64,000 nt of DNA, from positions 13,578,001 to 13,642,000 of the forward strand of contig OX597838.1 of the NCBI GenBank assembly GCA_951406725.2. The letters are read 5' to 3'. How positions within the stretch are numbered: the first letter of the stretch is position 1; every line of letters starts with the position of its first letter. The notes below the pieces were generated by a model. The model saw only the letters and a list, made by a program, of their open reading frames with translations, had not been told where the DNA came from and ran no database searches. A program made the translations under genes and the position numbers. Of the stretch, positions 38,205-50,640 are shown one piece after another. The stretch comes from Octopus vulgaris (taxonomy: Eukaryota).

Positions 38205-38363
38205 GTCAGATCAGTCTACTGTGTCAAGCGATCCACCAAATTGGTCACTCATTAGGATTATTCCACTCTGAGAGCATTTCAGCACAAATGTGGCCATACA
38301 TCATGGAATGCAATGGTACTTCAGTGCATGCTGATGACATTCAAGCACTACAGTCACTCTACA
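38205..38363 (+). CDS. MMP exon 6 (zinc-binding helix with Glu-to-Gln change, Met-turn)
   Basis: QISLLCQAIHQIGHSLGLFHSESISAQMWPYIMECNGTSVHADDIQALQSLY; acceptor tttgtaaaAG, donor A/GTAAGT; not in the ORF track. Confidence 0.95.
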
Positions 38364-38644
38364 GTAAGTATAGCATCTGCATCACCTACCTCTTCTACAA
38401 CAGCCTCTGCTATGTTGGACGTAAGTTATAACAGCCTATCTTGTCGATGTTAAATAACTGATGACTTGTTTCATGAAGATAAAATTTTATGAGAAACATT
38501 TCCCTTAACCCTTTCGTTACTGTATCTATTTTGAGATGCTCTGTGTTTCTTTCAATTACTTTAAAAATAACAAAGAATTTAGTTTACAATAAATACTGCA
38601 AAGCTAATTCATAATTTTGAATATGTTATATTTTCAATCAACAG

Positions 38645-39001
38645 GTCCCTCTGAGGGCATCCAAACTGCAGTTTCTAGTAATATGTCAACCAACAAGGAT
38701 GAGAACTTTGAAGATGACCATTCAGGGTCACAGGGTTCAAGTTCAACGACAGCCAGCAGCTCCCACTTGACCAGCCCATCGATGTCAGCTGGGGACAGAT
38801 TCTGGTGGACTCACAGCCAAGACACACAGACAGAACGACAAACCTATCCATATTGGTACCGTTTCTCCAGACTGGGGCCATCAACGACCTCACCCTCGGC
38901 CTTACTGACATCAGCTCAAACTACAGTTAGGCCAAAGTACTGTGATGGCAGATTGGATGCGATCACTGTTGCAACAGATCACCTGACCTATGGATTTAGA
39001 G
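38645..39001 (+). CDS. MMP exon 7 (long Ser/Thr linker and start of hemopexin)
   Basis: PSEGIQTAVSS...VRPKYCDGRLDAITVATDHLTYGFR; phases are consistent with both neighbours. Confidence 0.92.
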
Positions 39002-40442
39002 GTTGGATTTAAAAAAAAAATTTCTTTTTCTTTTTCAAAAGATGGATTAGTGGTTTTGTGGCTGAGCGTAACGTTAGAGTGATCAGTTCAAATCATACTC
39101 ATGATTCAGAATATTACTATGCTTTAATTTTTTATTGTTGTTTTTAAGAATGGTTGTCATAATGTAAAGGTTATAAGATAAGGTCAGGGGTTATGTGAGA
39201 GAGGGAGGTCATAGAGTATTATCATAGCAAGAGTTCATAAAGAGAAGAGGTCATAGAATGAGGTTCTACAGCAGTCAAAAAGTGAATAGGTCAAAGAAAG
39301 AGGTCATTAAGTAAAGACTAGTAAAGATTAGTTAAAGGCCGATAGATCGGAGATCATGGTGTAACAATCTCCACCACTGTCCAATCTACTTCTGTATGTC
39401 TATAGATTCTGGTGGTAACCACAGCAGAGATTAACAAGGTGAATGTGTAGGTTGCTTTTGGGGTAGGGTGTAAGTCAATTACACCAACCCCAGTGCTCAA
39501 CTGGTACTTATTTTATCAACCTTGAAAGAATGAAAGGCAAAGTTGACCTTGGTGGAATTTGAACTCAGAATGTCAAGATGGTTGAAATGCCACTAAGCAT
39601 TTTGTCTGGCATGCTAACAATTCTTCCATCTCACTGCCTTCTAACAGCTACAATTTTAACTGTTAGATCTTCATGTATTGGAGTCAGCAGGAGAGTCCAC
39701 TATATGTACTAGATGAGCTTCTGCTCAGTTTCTGTCATCAAACTCGGTGACTGGCATCCATGCTAGTGGAGCACTAAGAGTATCATACAAGTGAGATCGT
39801 TGCCAGAGCAACAAGCTGGCCTCCGTGCCAATGGCACGTTAAAAACACCATTCGAGCGTGATCGTTACCTGCGTCGCCTTACTAGCACTTGTGCAGGTGG
39901 CACGTGAAAAAACATTCGAGCGAGGTCGTTGCCAGTGCCGCTGGACTGGCTCCTGTGCAGGTGGCACATAAAAAGCACCATTTTGAGCGTGGCCTTTGCC
40001 AGTACCGTCTGACTGGCCCTCATGCTGGTGGCACATAAAAGCACCCACTACACTCTCGGAGTGGCTGGTGTTAGGAAGGGCATCCAGCCGTAGAAACTCT
40101 GCCAGATCAAGATTGGAGCCTGGTGCAGCCATCTGGTTCGCCAGTCCTCAGTTGAATCGTCCAACCCCTACTAGCATGGAAAGCGGACGCTAAACGATGA
40201 TGGTGATGATGATGATGACTTCCGTAAATTCACTTGCAAGTTATTGGTCAACTTAGGTCTTTGTTAGAAGGCAGTTGCCCATGGCGTTGTACAGTGGAAT
40301 TGGTCAGAGAAATATAATGACTGAAATGTGGTGTTAGAAAAGTTGAGTAGATATCTACTTTCTGAAAGTGGAGATGGTAAAGAATAAAATAAAAGAAATC
40401 AAGGTGTTAGCAAGTTAAGTAGTGATCAATGTTTTATTTCAG

Positions 40443-40600
40443 ATGAACTGGTGTTCAGGTTTAACCAGATCAATGTTGATTACACATTTCCAAAGAAAAT
40501 TCAAGAAGTCTTCCCCAGGGGTCCTTTGTCTGTAGATGCTGCAGTGACCTTCAGTAAAAATCGAAAGAAAGCAGCCCTTGGTAGCACATACCTGATAAAA
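40443..40600 (+). CDS. MMP exon 8 (hemopexin)
   Basis: ELVFRFNQINVDYTFPKKIQEVFPRGPLSVDAAV...TYLIK; donor AAA/GTGAGT. Confidence 0.93.
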
Positions 40601-40796
40601 GTGAGTTGGCCTATTTATTGTTTTCTTTTGTTTGTTTATTTTTTTACTATTGTTTTTTTTTTGTTGATGTCTAGCCAAAAGTGATCCAGATTCCTTACGG
40701 CATTTTGGTCATTGGTCAAACAACTAACAGCAATTCAAAGGACACGTTAAAATGGACTGACACACAATGTGTTCTGTTGTAAGCACAGAGCAACAC

Positions 40797-41005
40797 ATGT
40801 GAGGGGACACTGAAAAGTTCCTGGCTTTAAGGGTATCGTGAAACGCCTGATTGGAGGCCCAACCTTGAGCTCTTTTACAGGGCTTAGAAAAACTGAAGGT
40901 CCACTGCAATATGTGTGAATATGAGAGCTCAATATGTTGACTAAAATCATAATTAACCGATCCTCTTGTATTTTCTTTTATCCAAAGCCAGGAACTTTCC
41001 GGCAG
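40797..41005 (+). mobile_element. Mariner-derived MITE (second partial copy at 41213-41362)
   Basis: TIRs CTGAAAAGTTCCTGGCTTT ... AAAGCCAGGAACTTT; internal transposase C-terminal remnant (GLEKLKxHCNxCVNxRxxxVx). Confidence 0.75.
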
Positions 41006-41174
41006 GTATGTTTGAATGGTGGGCTATATTGAATGTACACACACACACACACACACACATATATATGGCAGTTTTCACAAGACCAGCTAAAACAGACCAG
41101 GCTGATCCATCCTATCCAACAGGTTAGGAAGTATTCGTTTAACTTATGAATTTTCTGGTCCCATAACAATAACA

Positions 41175-41212
<38 letters not shown>

Positions 41213-41457
41213 GAAGGTGCTGAAAATTTCCTTGCTTTATGGGTATTGAGAAAGGCCTGGCTGGATGTCCAACCTTTTGAGTTTTTTACAGGGCTTAGAA
41301 AAACTGAAGGACCACTGCAATAAGTGTGTGAATCTGAGAGGGAAAGATGTTGAATAAAATCAGGGTGGAATGCAGTGCATTATACTAAATTTTTTCCTAA
41401 ATTTAGTGACATCTTCTTTATTTAGGGTTTAGTAAGTGAAGAAAGGGCAGTCCCCAT

Positions 41458-41732
41458 TGTAGTGTGTGCACGATACAAATATAAAGGCACTTACCTTCTC
41501 TTCCTAGTGATGGAGACCCTTCGGTGGTAACGGATCCTTCGACACAGCCCCAACCCGAACACTAATGATAGCAGCTGCTGCACCCAACCTAGTGACGTCT
41601 TCCCACGTCCTCACACCTCGATGACCCTGATTCAAAAGGCCGAATCCCCGCTGCCTGCGCACGCCTCAAGGCTGCCCCTTCCAGTTGCCCCAGCTTCCGG
41701 TCAACGCACCCAGCTGCTGACGTCATCCCACA
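41458..41732. mobile_element. Solo LTR (275 bp)
   Basis: TGT...ACA termini, exact 5-bp TSD CCCAT (41453-41457 and 41733-41737), GC/CpG-rich against AT-rich flanks. Confidence 0.8.
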
Positions 41733-42075
41733 CCCATTTATACTGTTTTTTATGACTATCAAAACTTGGAGGAGAAAGGAAGGAAGATTGTGATGTCATT
41801 ACACTGGGCACCTGTTCCAAATGCTTACAAAGGAGCAAACTCTGCTAAATTCATCCAAGGGTCAAGTGATGGTGTTACATCAAGTAATAAATTAACATCA
41901 GTATGCCCCCTATGCAGACTATTTGGCAGTTTCCTAAATAGTCTCTGTCTACTTAATCTTACAAGTTTTGGGTCAACTTAAAACCATGGTCAAAGACATC
42001 TATTGAAAGTGCTGCACTCGTCATTGTCGTCGTCGTCGTCATCATCATCATCCTCACCATCACCATCACCATCAC

Positions 42076-42122
<47 letters not shown>

Positions 42123-42159
42123 CCACCATCACCATCATCATCACCATCACCATCATCAC

Positions 42160-42208
<49 letters not shown>

Positions 42209-42573
42209 GTCATCATCATCATCGTCATCATCATCATCATCATCATCCTCCTCATCATCATCATCATTTTCCAAGCTAGCATGACTTAAATGGTTTGACT
42301 GGAGATGGCAAGCCACAGAGCCGCATCAGGCTCCAGCCTGTTTCGGCTTGGTTTTTACAGCTGCTCTATGGAGTATATTGGGTGCTTTTCATGTGTCACT
42401 GGCATGATTGCCCTTTACATGTCACTGGTACTAGTCACAACTTCCTGCAGAATTGAACTCAGATTGTCCATGATTACAAAGCAAACTTTTTAACTACTGA
42501 GCTCTATAAAAAATGCATATTGAGTTGTTATATAAGCTTTTTTTACTTTTTTTTTTATCTCTTTCCTTTTAAG

Positions 42574-42721
42574 GGCAACCTAGTTTGGCGCTACAGACAC
42601 ACAGAGGACGGTTTCCAACTGGAACACTTCTATCCAAAACCCTGGGCCAAAGAATGGGATGTAACTGGTACCAAAATTGAATCAGCCTTTAAATTAGGCC
42701 GGAAAATCTACCTGTTAATTG
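42574..42721 (+). CDS. MMP exon 9 (hemopexin)
   Basis: GNLVWRY...FYPKPWAKEW...IESAFKLGRKIYLLI; donor G/GTGAGT. Confidence 0.93.
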
Positions 42722-43721
42722 GTGAGTAATTTTTGCATGTGTGTGTATATGTCACAGATAGCAGATGTGTGTTTGTGTTCATTGACATGCCATGACATTC
42801 ATTATATGTGTGTATATTCTGTATGTGTGTATGTGTGTTGACATCATGGAAGCCATGTTTTGTCAAGATTAACAAACGAAAACTGTGTTTAATTGTTTGC
42901 ATTAATAAATAGTGATCCAAATATCACAAAAATTTGTACTGCAATGCTGAAGGTAAGTATGAAAATAAATATTAAAAAAATTAAGATAAAATATACTATT
43001 TCTGAGATATTTTGGTTACACACAAACATCTCTAAAGTTTTAGTATTATTATGATATGTTAACCACAACTATTTTTATTATATTTTCTCCCAGATGTACT
43101 TAATTCTTTATTTCAAGAAACACATGGTATATTTCTGAAATCATTAATAATTATTTAAAATTTTGGCTCAAGACCAACAATTTTGAGGGGTGAGGAAGTA
43201 AATTACATCAACCTCCTGTACTCAGATGATACTTATTTTATCATGAGCATGCATGAAATAGTAGCCAAATCTTTCCTTTTCAGGGGACTGAAAAGCAAAG
43301 TTGACTGTGGCAGGATTTGAACTCAGTATCTAGGGTGTTAGAAGAAATACTACTTGGCATTTTGTCTGGTACACTAATATTTCTGCCAGCTCTACTGCCT
43401 TTCAAACTATTTATAATAAAGACATTACTATTAAGTTATTGCTAAGGCGGTAAGCTGGCAGAGTCATTAGCACACCGGGCAAAATGCTTAGCAGTATTTT
43501 GTCTGTCTTTACATTCTGAGTTCAAATTCCTCTGGGGTTGACTTTGTCTTTCATCCTTTTGGAGTTGATAAAATAAGTATCAGTCAAGCGCTGGGGTCAA
43601 TGTAATTGGCCTATCCCCTCCCCTAAAATCGATGGCCTTGTGCTAAAATTTTAAACCAATAATAAGTTATTCCAATTTATGATTTACAACTAAAATTTCT
43701 CTTCATTTTCTCCAATCTTAG

Positions 43722-44026
43722 ACAATCGAATCTGGTTGTTGAAAGGCAAGAAATCTCGTCAACGGAAGTATGAGAAGAAGCGAATTAAACTGTTCAACCA
43801 GCTGCCAGACTTCCAGGCTGCAGTACAATGGATCAACAGGAATACCTATTTCTTCACTGGCAATGAGTATTACAGAGCTGACTTGCCAGCACAGAGGAGA
43901 CGATATGTACTGAATGGACCGAGGGATACAGCTTATTGGTGGTTTGGCTGTAATGAAATACCACACATACGGCAACCTTTCGAAGATAAAGATGATAACG
44001 GGTGGGATCTTGAACTGACTAAATAA
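43722..44026 (+). CDS. MMP exon 10 (hemopexin end, stop); total CDS 2058 nt, 685 aa
   Basis: NRIWLL...FQAAVQWINRNTYFFTGNEYYR...WWFGC...ELTK-stop; WFGC is the closing Cys of the hemopexin disulfide; no TM or GPI tail. Confidence 0.93.
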
Positions 44027-44259
44027 ACGGATGAGTGAATGAATGGGGTAGATGGGTAGAAGGGTGGGTAAGTTGAATGGATGGGTGAATTGTGTTAAGT
44101 GAGTAAATAAATAGGTGGGTAGGTGGATGGTGGTGTATAGTTGGATGTCAGTGTAGGTACATGGATGGATGGATGAAGAGACGCATAGCATACAAACATA
44201 CATACATATTTTAGCAGATATATAGACAACTATATTGCCAAATTAATAGATACACTGAC

Positions 44260-44579
<320 letters not shown>

Positions 44580-45599
44580 GAAATTTCGATAAACAAAATT
44601 AGATTTGACACATCTATACATACATATGTACATACATATATATAAATTTAAATATGCAACTGAAAGAGCTACCAATAGTTTCATGCTTTTATGATACTTG
44701 AGCAGGCATATTCATAAAATATGCCATGTACCTTAAAGCAATCTTTCAGGCTCTGTCTGTGCATTATATATATATATATTTTAAAAACAAGGATGCGAGG
44801 CAGTAAGAAAATAAGAATAAACACGGAAGAAATGTGAAGAAGATTGGTGCAGAAAACGGAACGAGAAACAAGAAATGAAATCAAGATAACTAAGATCCTC
44901 ATCCTCTCTGATTGCAGAACAAGTTTAGAGCAAGATAACTGAAAATATGTCAACGTCTGCATGACAGCAGCTCAATCCAGAGTGGGTGGTGCCCTTCAAT
45001 TTGATTAAAAAAAAACAAACCTGTCCATGTGTTTACACTTGCTAAAAATTTCAGATCTTGAATTAAGCAGTGTGTTGAAATTGCTGGCTCTAAGAATAAT
45101 ATGAGATCTTTCTGCTATACATAAGTTGCATTTCTGAGATCCATTAACATATATGGCTTGGATTTCTTCACTATTCTCCACTTAATTGCATGTGCTGTGA
45201 AGCTGCTCTTCAAATTCCATACATGGCTAGCCAATTTAGATGCAATGTCATATATACAAACAAATGTACAGGTAAGAGTGATAGATAAATAGTTAAGTAA
45301 GAGGCATATATAGTTAAACCATCTCAGAATTCATCCCACCAGAAAAAAAGGTTTATTAAATTGTCAAGGTATGAAAGAAATCATTACTGCATGAATGACC
45401 CTGGATAACCTGAAATACAGAAATTCCTAACTTTAAAAAGTAACTGAAAATTTAGAAGTAATAATAAATTGGCATTTTTGTATTATGTGTGTGTGTATAC
45501 ATGCATGTGTGTTTGTGAATGTATATGTGTATGTTTGCAGATATATATGTGAGTACGTGTATGTCCATTTTATATAAGAATGTGTATATCAATGGAAAA

Positions 45600-45611
45600 A
45601 ATAAAAATAAA
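45600..45611 (+). terminator. Candidate MMP polyadenylation signal
   Basis: Tandem AATAAA-AATAAA followed by T-rich sequence; another AATAAA overlaps the stop codon (44022-44027). Confidence 0.45.
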
Positions 45612-46449
45612 ATCAATTTTTAGTCGTTTTATTTCAATGAGAGAACTGGACAATCGAATCTCTCTCACTTGCAGTATGCTCTTTATATTTGACATTCAAG
45701 AAATGCAACAACAAAAAATAGTCCTAAACTATCTATATATATAAAAAAGGACCTATTGCTCTGTTTATTAGTCAATTAAAGGAATGAAATTAGCAGCTGA
45801 GACTTTCCTGAAATCTGGCACCAGGGAATCCAAAGACACAGTGTCATGATGGTGCATTTTAATATAATTATAACAATAAATTTAATGACAACAATGATGA
45901 TGTTAATGATGATGATGATTTTGAGGATGATGATGATGATATGATGTTGATGATGATTTCTTTTATTGGCCACAAGGTCCCTTGAGGACAATATAAAAGT
46001 ATGAAATACAACACACACAAAAAAGATAATAATAATAATAATAATGATGATGATGATAATAATAATAATAATAACAATAATGATAATAATAATAATAATA
46101 ATGAGGATGATGAAGATGATGATGATGATGATGATGATAAAAATTATAATAATAAAAATTACAATAAAAGTGAATACTGTAAATTCTGTTTGATTTGTTT
46201 TTCTAAGTTGGAGGTGGAAAGGCCATTTTTTTCAGAGTATTTGAGACAAGTGGGACAGAGGAAGTTACCTTGAAAGTGGACACCTGACTGAAATGTAAGC
46301 AACTAAATAAAGTCCCGTAAATCAGGTGGTTGTATAAAACTGAAGGAGTTGAATAATAAAAAAAATTTTTTTCGGTTTCCTATTTTCCAGAACAGTGAAT
46401 GGGGAGACATTCTTGGGTCAAATTATAGATAATAATAATAATAATAAGA

Positions 46450-47432
46450 AGAAGAATCAAAGATAAAGCATTATACAAGAAATTGAAAATGAATGAAACA
46501 GAAAATAGGCAAAAATAATCAAAGGTAAAGCACTGTACAAGAAATAGAAAATTGAAAACGAATGAAATTGAAAATAGGTGGGTAAAGAAAAGAATGCATG
46601 GTCAAATTCATAGGGATGTTGAAGATAAGACAGACAGAGAAAAAAGATGGCTGTGGATGACTAAAAGTAATGTAAAACCAGAAACGGAAGCTCTAATCTG
46701 TGCTGCCCAAGAGCAAGCACTAAGAACTAACTACATAAAATACAGAATAGACAACACAGCAGAAGGTGGTAAGTGCAGAATCTGTGGACAAAACAGTGAA
46801 GCCATATGGTATATTACCAGCCAATGTGCGCCACAAGCCCAGAAGGAATATAAGAGATGCCACAACAATATAACCAGACTTGTCCATTGGACACTTTGCA
46901 ACAAGTATGGACTTGACAGAGCAAAAAATTGGTACGACCACAAACCTAAAGGCATTGTCGAAAATAGAAATGCAAAGATCCTATGGGATTTTCTGATTCA
47001 GTGTGACCATGAGATTGCGAATAGGAAGCTGGACATAGTCTTAATTGAAAAAGAAAACAATGTTGGATCATAGACATAGCATCCCCAGCTGACAACAGGG
47101 TATGTGATAAGGAAGAAAGAAAAGTCGAGAGATATGATAGGTTAGCTTGGGAAGTTAAGCAGTTATGTTCGATGAAAAATGTAGCAGTAGTACCAATAAT
47201 TGTCGGAGCCCTGAGAACAGTGATCAAAAATCTCAAGAAGTACGTGGAACAAACAAGGGCTGTAATAAGGGTGGAGCACTTGCAGAAAACAGCTCTGCTT
47301 GGAATTGCTCGAATACTCTGGAAGGTGCATGAAAAATAAGAGGTGTTACCTTAGTTCACTGATAGTGGACAACTGACACTGAAGCACACCTCCAGCATTA
47401 GAAGCTGTGCAAAGGCAATAATAATAATAATA
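46450..47432 (+). mobile_element. 5'-truncated R4/Dong-clade non-LTR retrotransposon (RLE type)
   Basis: MHGQ...ETEALICAAQEQALRT...CRICG (zinc knuckle)...ILWDF...RKLDIV, then after a frameshift IIDIASP...K...VVPIIVGAL; lies between (AAT)n tracts, the known Dong-type target. Confidence 0.88.
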
Positions 47433-47739
47433 ATGTAAAAAGCACCATCCGATCGTGGTCGTTGCCAGCCCCGCCTGGCCCCTGTGCCGGTGGCACGTAA
47501 AAAGCACCATCCGATCGTGGCCGTTTGCCAGCCTCTTCTGGCACCTGTGCTGGTGGCATGTAAAAAGCACCCACTACACTCACAGAGTGGTTGACGTTAG
47601 GAAGGGCATCCAGCCGTAGAAACATTGCCAGATCTGACTGGGCCTGGTGCAGCCTTCTGGCCTCCCAGACCCCAGTTGAACCGTCCAACCCATGCTAGCA
47701 TGGAAAGCGGACGCTAAACGATGAATAATAATAATAATG

Positions 47740-47784
<45 letters not shown>

Positions 47785-48098
47785 GTTGAGAGGGATTCTT
47801 TGGGGTTTGAATAATTCACCTCTGGAAACATGGGTGGTTCTTTCAACATCCTTAAACAACCATTATTCAGGGACCTTTTGAGCGGGATGGGCTACTCAAC
47901 CTGAAGAAAATTCTAACTGGGCCCCACCTGCAAGGTCATGTGCTGTTTATCTTGATATGAGATCACCATGTCACGCATATATGGTTGTGATGCATGTGCC
48001 TGGTGTACCCTTATCAGACGGATAGTCATGATGGGTATATTGGGCTTCGTATATTTTACTCCAGTGTCACTTTGATGGCATGAACTGCTCTCTCACTC

Positions 48099-48131
<33 letters not shown>

Positions 48132-49260
48132 CATCCTTTCTACTAACAGCGTAAGGCCTGACATTTTGGGAGAGGGGACTAGTCGATTACATCAACCCCA
48201 GTGTTTCACTGGTATTTCGTTTATCGACCCTGAAAGGATGAAAGACAAAGTTGACCTCAATAGAATTTGAACTCAGAGCATAAAGATGGAAAAAGTGTCA
48301 CTAAGCATTTTACCTGCTGTACTAATAAATAATATTTTGATCTTAACTGATTGGAAGTCTTATCATGTACATTGTTTTGTCTTGGTATAAAAGATGGGCT
48401 GCAGCAAATATTCTGCTCAATACCACAGATTTGCTTGTCAGTTGTTTGACCTTAACCAGTTGAGCATGTTCCTTAGTGGCTGACGATATGTGCATCTCTG
48501 ATCACGAGCAGAAGTAGTGGGGGAGCATCATAGCTATGTGTCGAGAGGAATTCTTTGAGGTTTAGATAATTCACCTTTAGAAACATGGCTGTTTTCTTCA
48601 ACATCCTTAAACAAACCTTATTCAGGGACCTTTTATGTGGGGTGGGCTATTCATCCCGAAGAAAATTCTAACTGGGCTCCACCTGCAAGGTCATGTGCTG
48701 TTTATCTTGATATGTCGTGCACATATGGTTGTGATGCATGTGCCTGGTGTACCCTTATCAGACGGATAGTCATGATGGGTATACTGGACTTTGAATATTT
48801 TACCCCAGTGTCACTTTGATGGTGTGCACTGCTCTCTCATTAATAATAACGACTAGCAGGACCTGTGGAAATTCCACAGTGTAAGTCAGTATATTTGAAA
48901 ACATTATGTGTCACTAGAAATTGAAGCCACAATCTTGTGATCGTGGGTGCAACATTCTAACCACTAGGCCATGCGCCCTCACACACGCGCGCGCATATTC
49001 TTTTACTCGTTTCGGTCATGCTGGGGCACCGCCTTGATAAAAGGTTATAAATAGACGGACTTCAACATAGTTTTCGTCTACTTAATTCACTCGCAAGGCA
49101 TTGCTTACCCCTGGGCTGAAGTAGAAAACGTTTTCCCAAGGGTCACGCAATGGACTGAACTTTTTTTTTTATCAGATCAATTTGTAAAAGAGACAGTAGG
49201 CCCCATATCCTTGCCGCAGTAGTTACTTTGCATTCCACACTGATGCACACCACAATACCT

Positions 49261-49373
49261 ATTTCTTTACTACCCACAAGGGGCTAAACACAGAGGGGAC
49301 AAACAAGGACAGACACACGGATTAAGTCGATTATATCGACCCCAGTGCGTAACTGGTACTTATTTAATCGACC
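49261..49373 (-). mobile_element. 5'-truncated SINE family B with TSD
   Basis: Flanked by the direct repeat CCACAATACCT (49250-49260 and 49374-49384). Confidence 0.85.
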
Positions 49374-49489
49374 CCACAATACCTTCAGATATCCATGACC
49401 TCTTCAAGTAATTAAATTGATCAAACAGTTGAATATTTATCGTCAAAACCAACGGAGATACACACACACACACACGCAATCATATTCGA

Positions 49490-49630
49490 GTGTATGTATG
49501 TATGTATGTATGTATGTATGTATGTATGTATGTATGTATGTATGTATGTATGCATGCATGCATGCATGCATGCATGTATGTATGTATGTATGTATGTATG
49601 TATGTATGTATGTATGTATGTATGTATGTG

Positions 49631-49709
<79 letters not shown>

Positions 49710-49724
49710 GTCTATCTATCTATC
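49490..49724. repeat. (TATG)n-(TATC)n microsatellite
   Basis: Directly visible. Confidence 0.97.
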
Positions 49725-50219
49725 GACATTGATAGTAATTTATTAATTTATCAATGACCAACGAAGTCTCTCCTTGTTTTCTATTATAATTCCATTAACA
49801 ACGAAGATACTCTATGTGCATTTAACAGGACAAAACGAGAAGAAAAAGTCAGAATGTAACTAAATTCTGCAAGGATCTACAACGATTCTACCAATCTACT
49901 ATTATTGATTTTGTTATTTCAATAGAGATCGATACGAAAGGGAAAATTTTAGATCGTCAAAATTGCGATATTTAATCAATTTCGTCCAAATATAACTCAT
50001 CAATGAGAGACAGATATTTTTAAAATTCCATTTCATTGTTTCTCTTTTACGTGGTTAAAGTAAAAGATTGCCTCTGATTATTGAAAGCAGTGCTCCAGTA
50101 TGGCCACGGTTCATGAATGAAACCAGTAAAAGAATAAAAGAATAATAATCCTGATACGAAACTCCACCGAAATGGTATTTTTTTAGACAGGACTAAACTG
50201 TGAGGTAACAATAGCAGAG

Positions 50220-50640
50220 GCATAACTACAGATGTGTGCCTCACCGAATTTGCTGCCTCATAACTTCCAGAAAATTTGATATTTTTTAACGAAATTTTGG
50301 ACAAATACCGCTTAGATGTTGATGATTCAGAATATATCCGGGAAAGAATTTTCCGAGGGGGAGAGGAGTTTCAGAAAATTCACACGATCCGACTTTTTTT
50401 TTCACACACATACACTTTCAGCATAACTACAGATGTGTGCCTCACCGAATTTGCTGCCTCATAACTTCCAGAAAATTTGATATTTTTTAACGAAATTTTG
50501 CACAAATACCGCTTAGATGTTGTTGATTCAGAATATATCGGGTTTTACGGGAAAGAATTTTCCGAAGGGGAGAGGAGTTTCAGAAAATTCACACGATCCG
50601 ACTTTTTTTTCCCTCATATCTTTCACACACACACACACAC
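50220..50640. repeat. Tandem duplication of about 200 bp
   Basis: GCATAACTACAGATGTGTGCCTCACCGAATTTG... starts at 50220 and again at 50421, near-identical. Confidence 0.9.

Noticed and set aside
38237-38239. RNA-editing rescue of the MMP catalytic residue
   Set aside because: CAA to GAA needs C-to-G; A-to-I yields Arg or Gln, and C-to-U yields a stop.
39750-40060. CRISPR-like palindromic repeats with spacers
   Set aside because: Internal modules of a dispersed eukaryotic SINE-like family; spacers recur between copies and there are no cas genes.
24436-44026. Calling the MMP a pseudogene, or assigning a vertebrate MMP number
   Set aside because: The reading frame and all splice sites are intact; orthology cannot be determined without a phylogeny.
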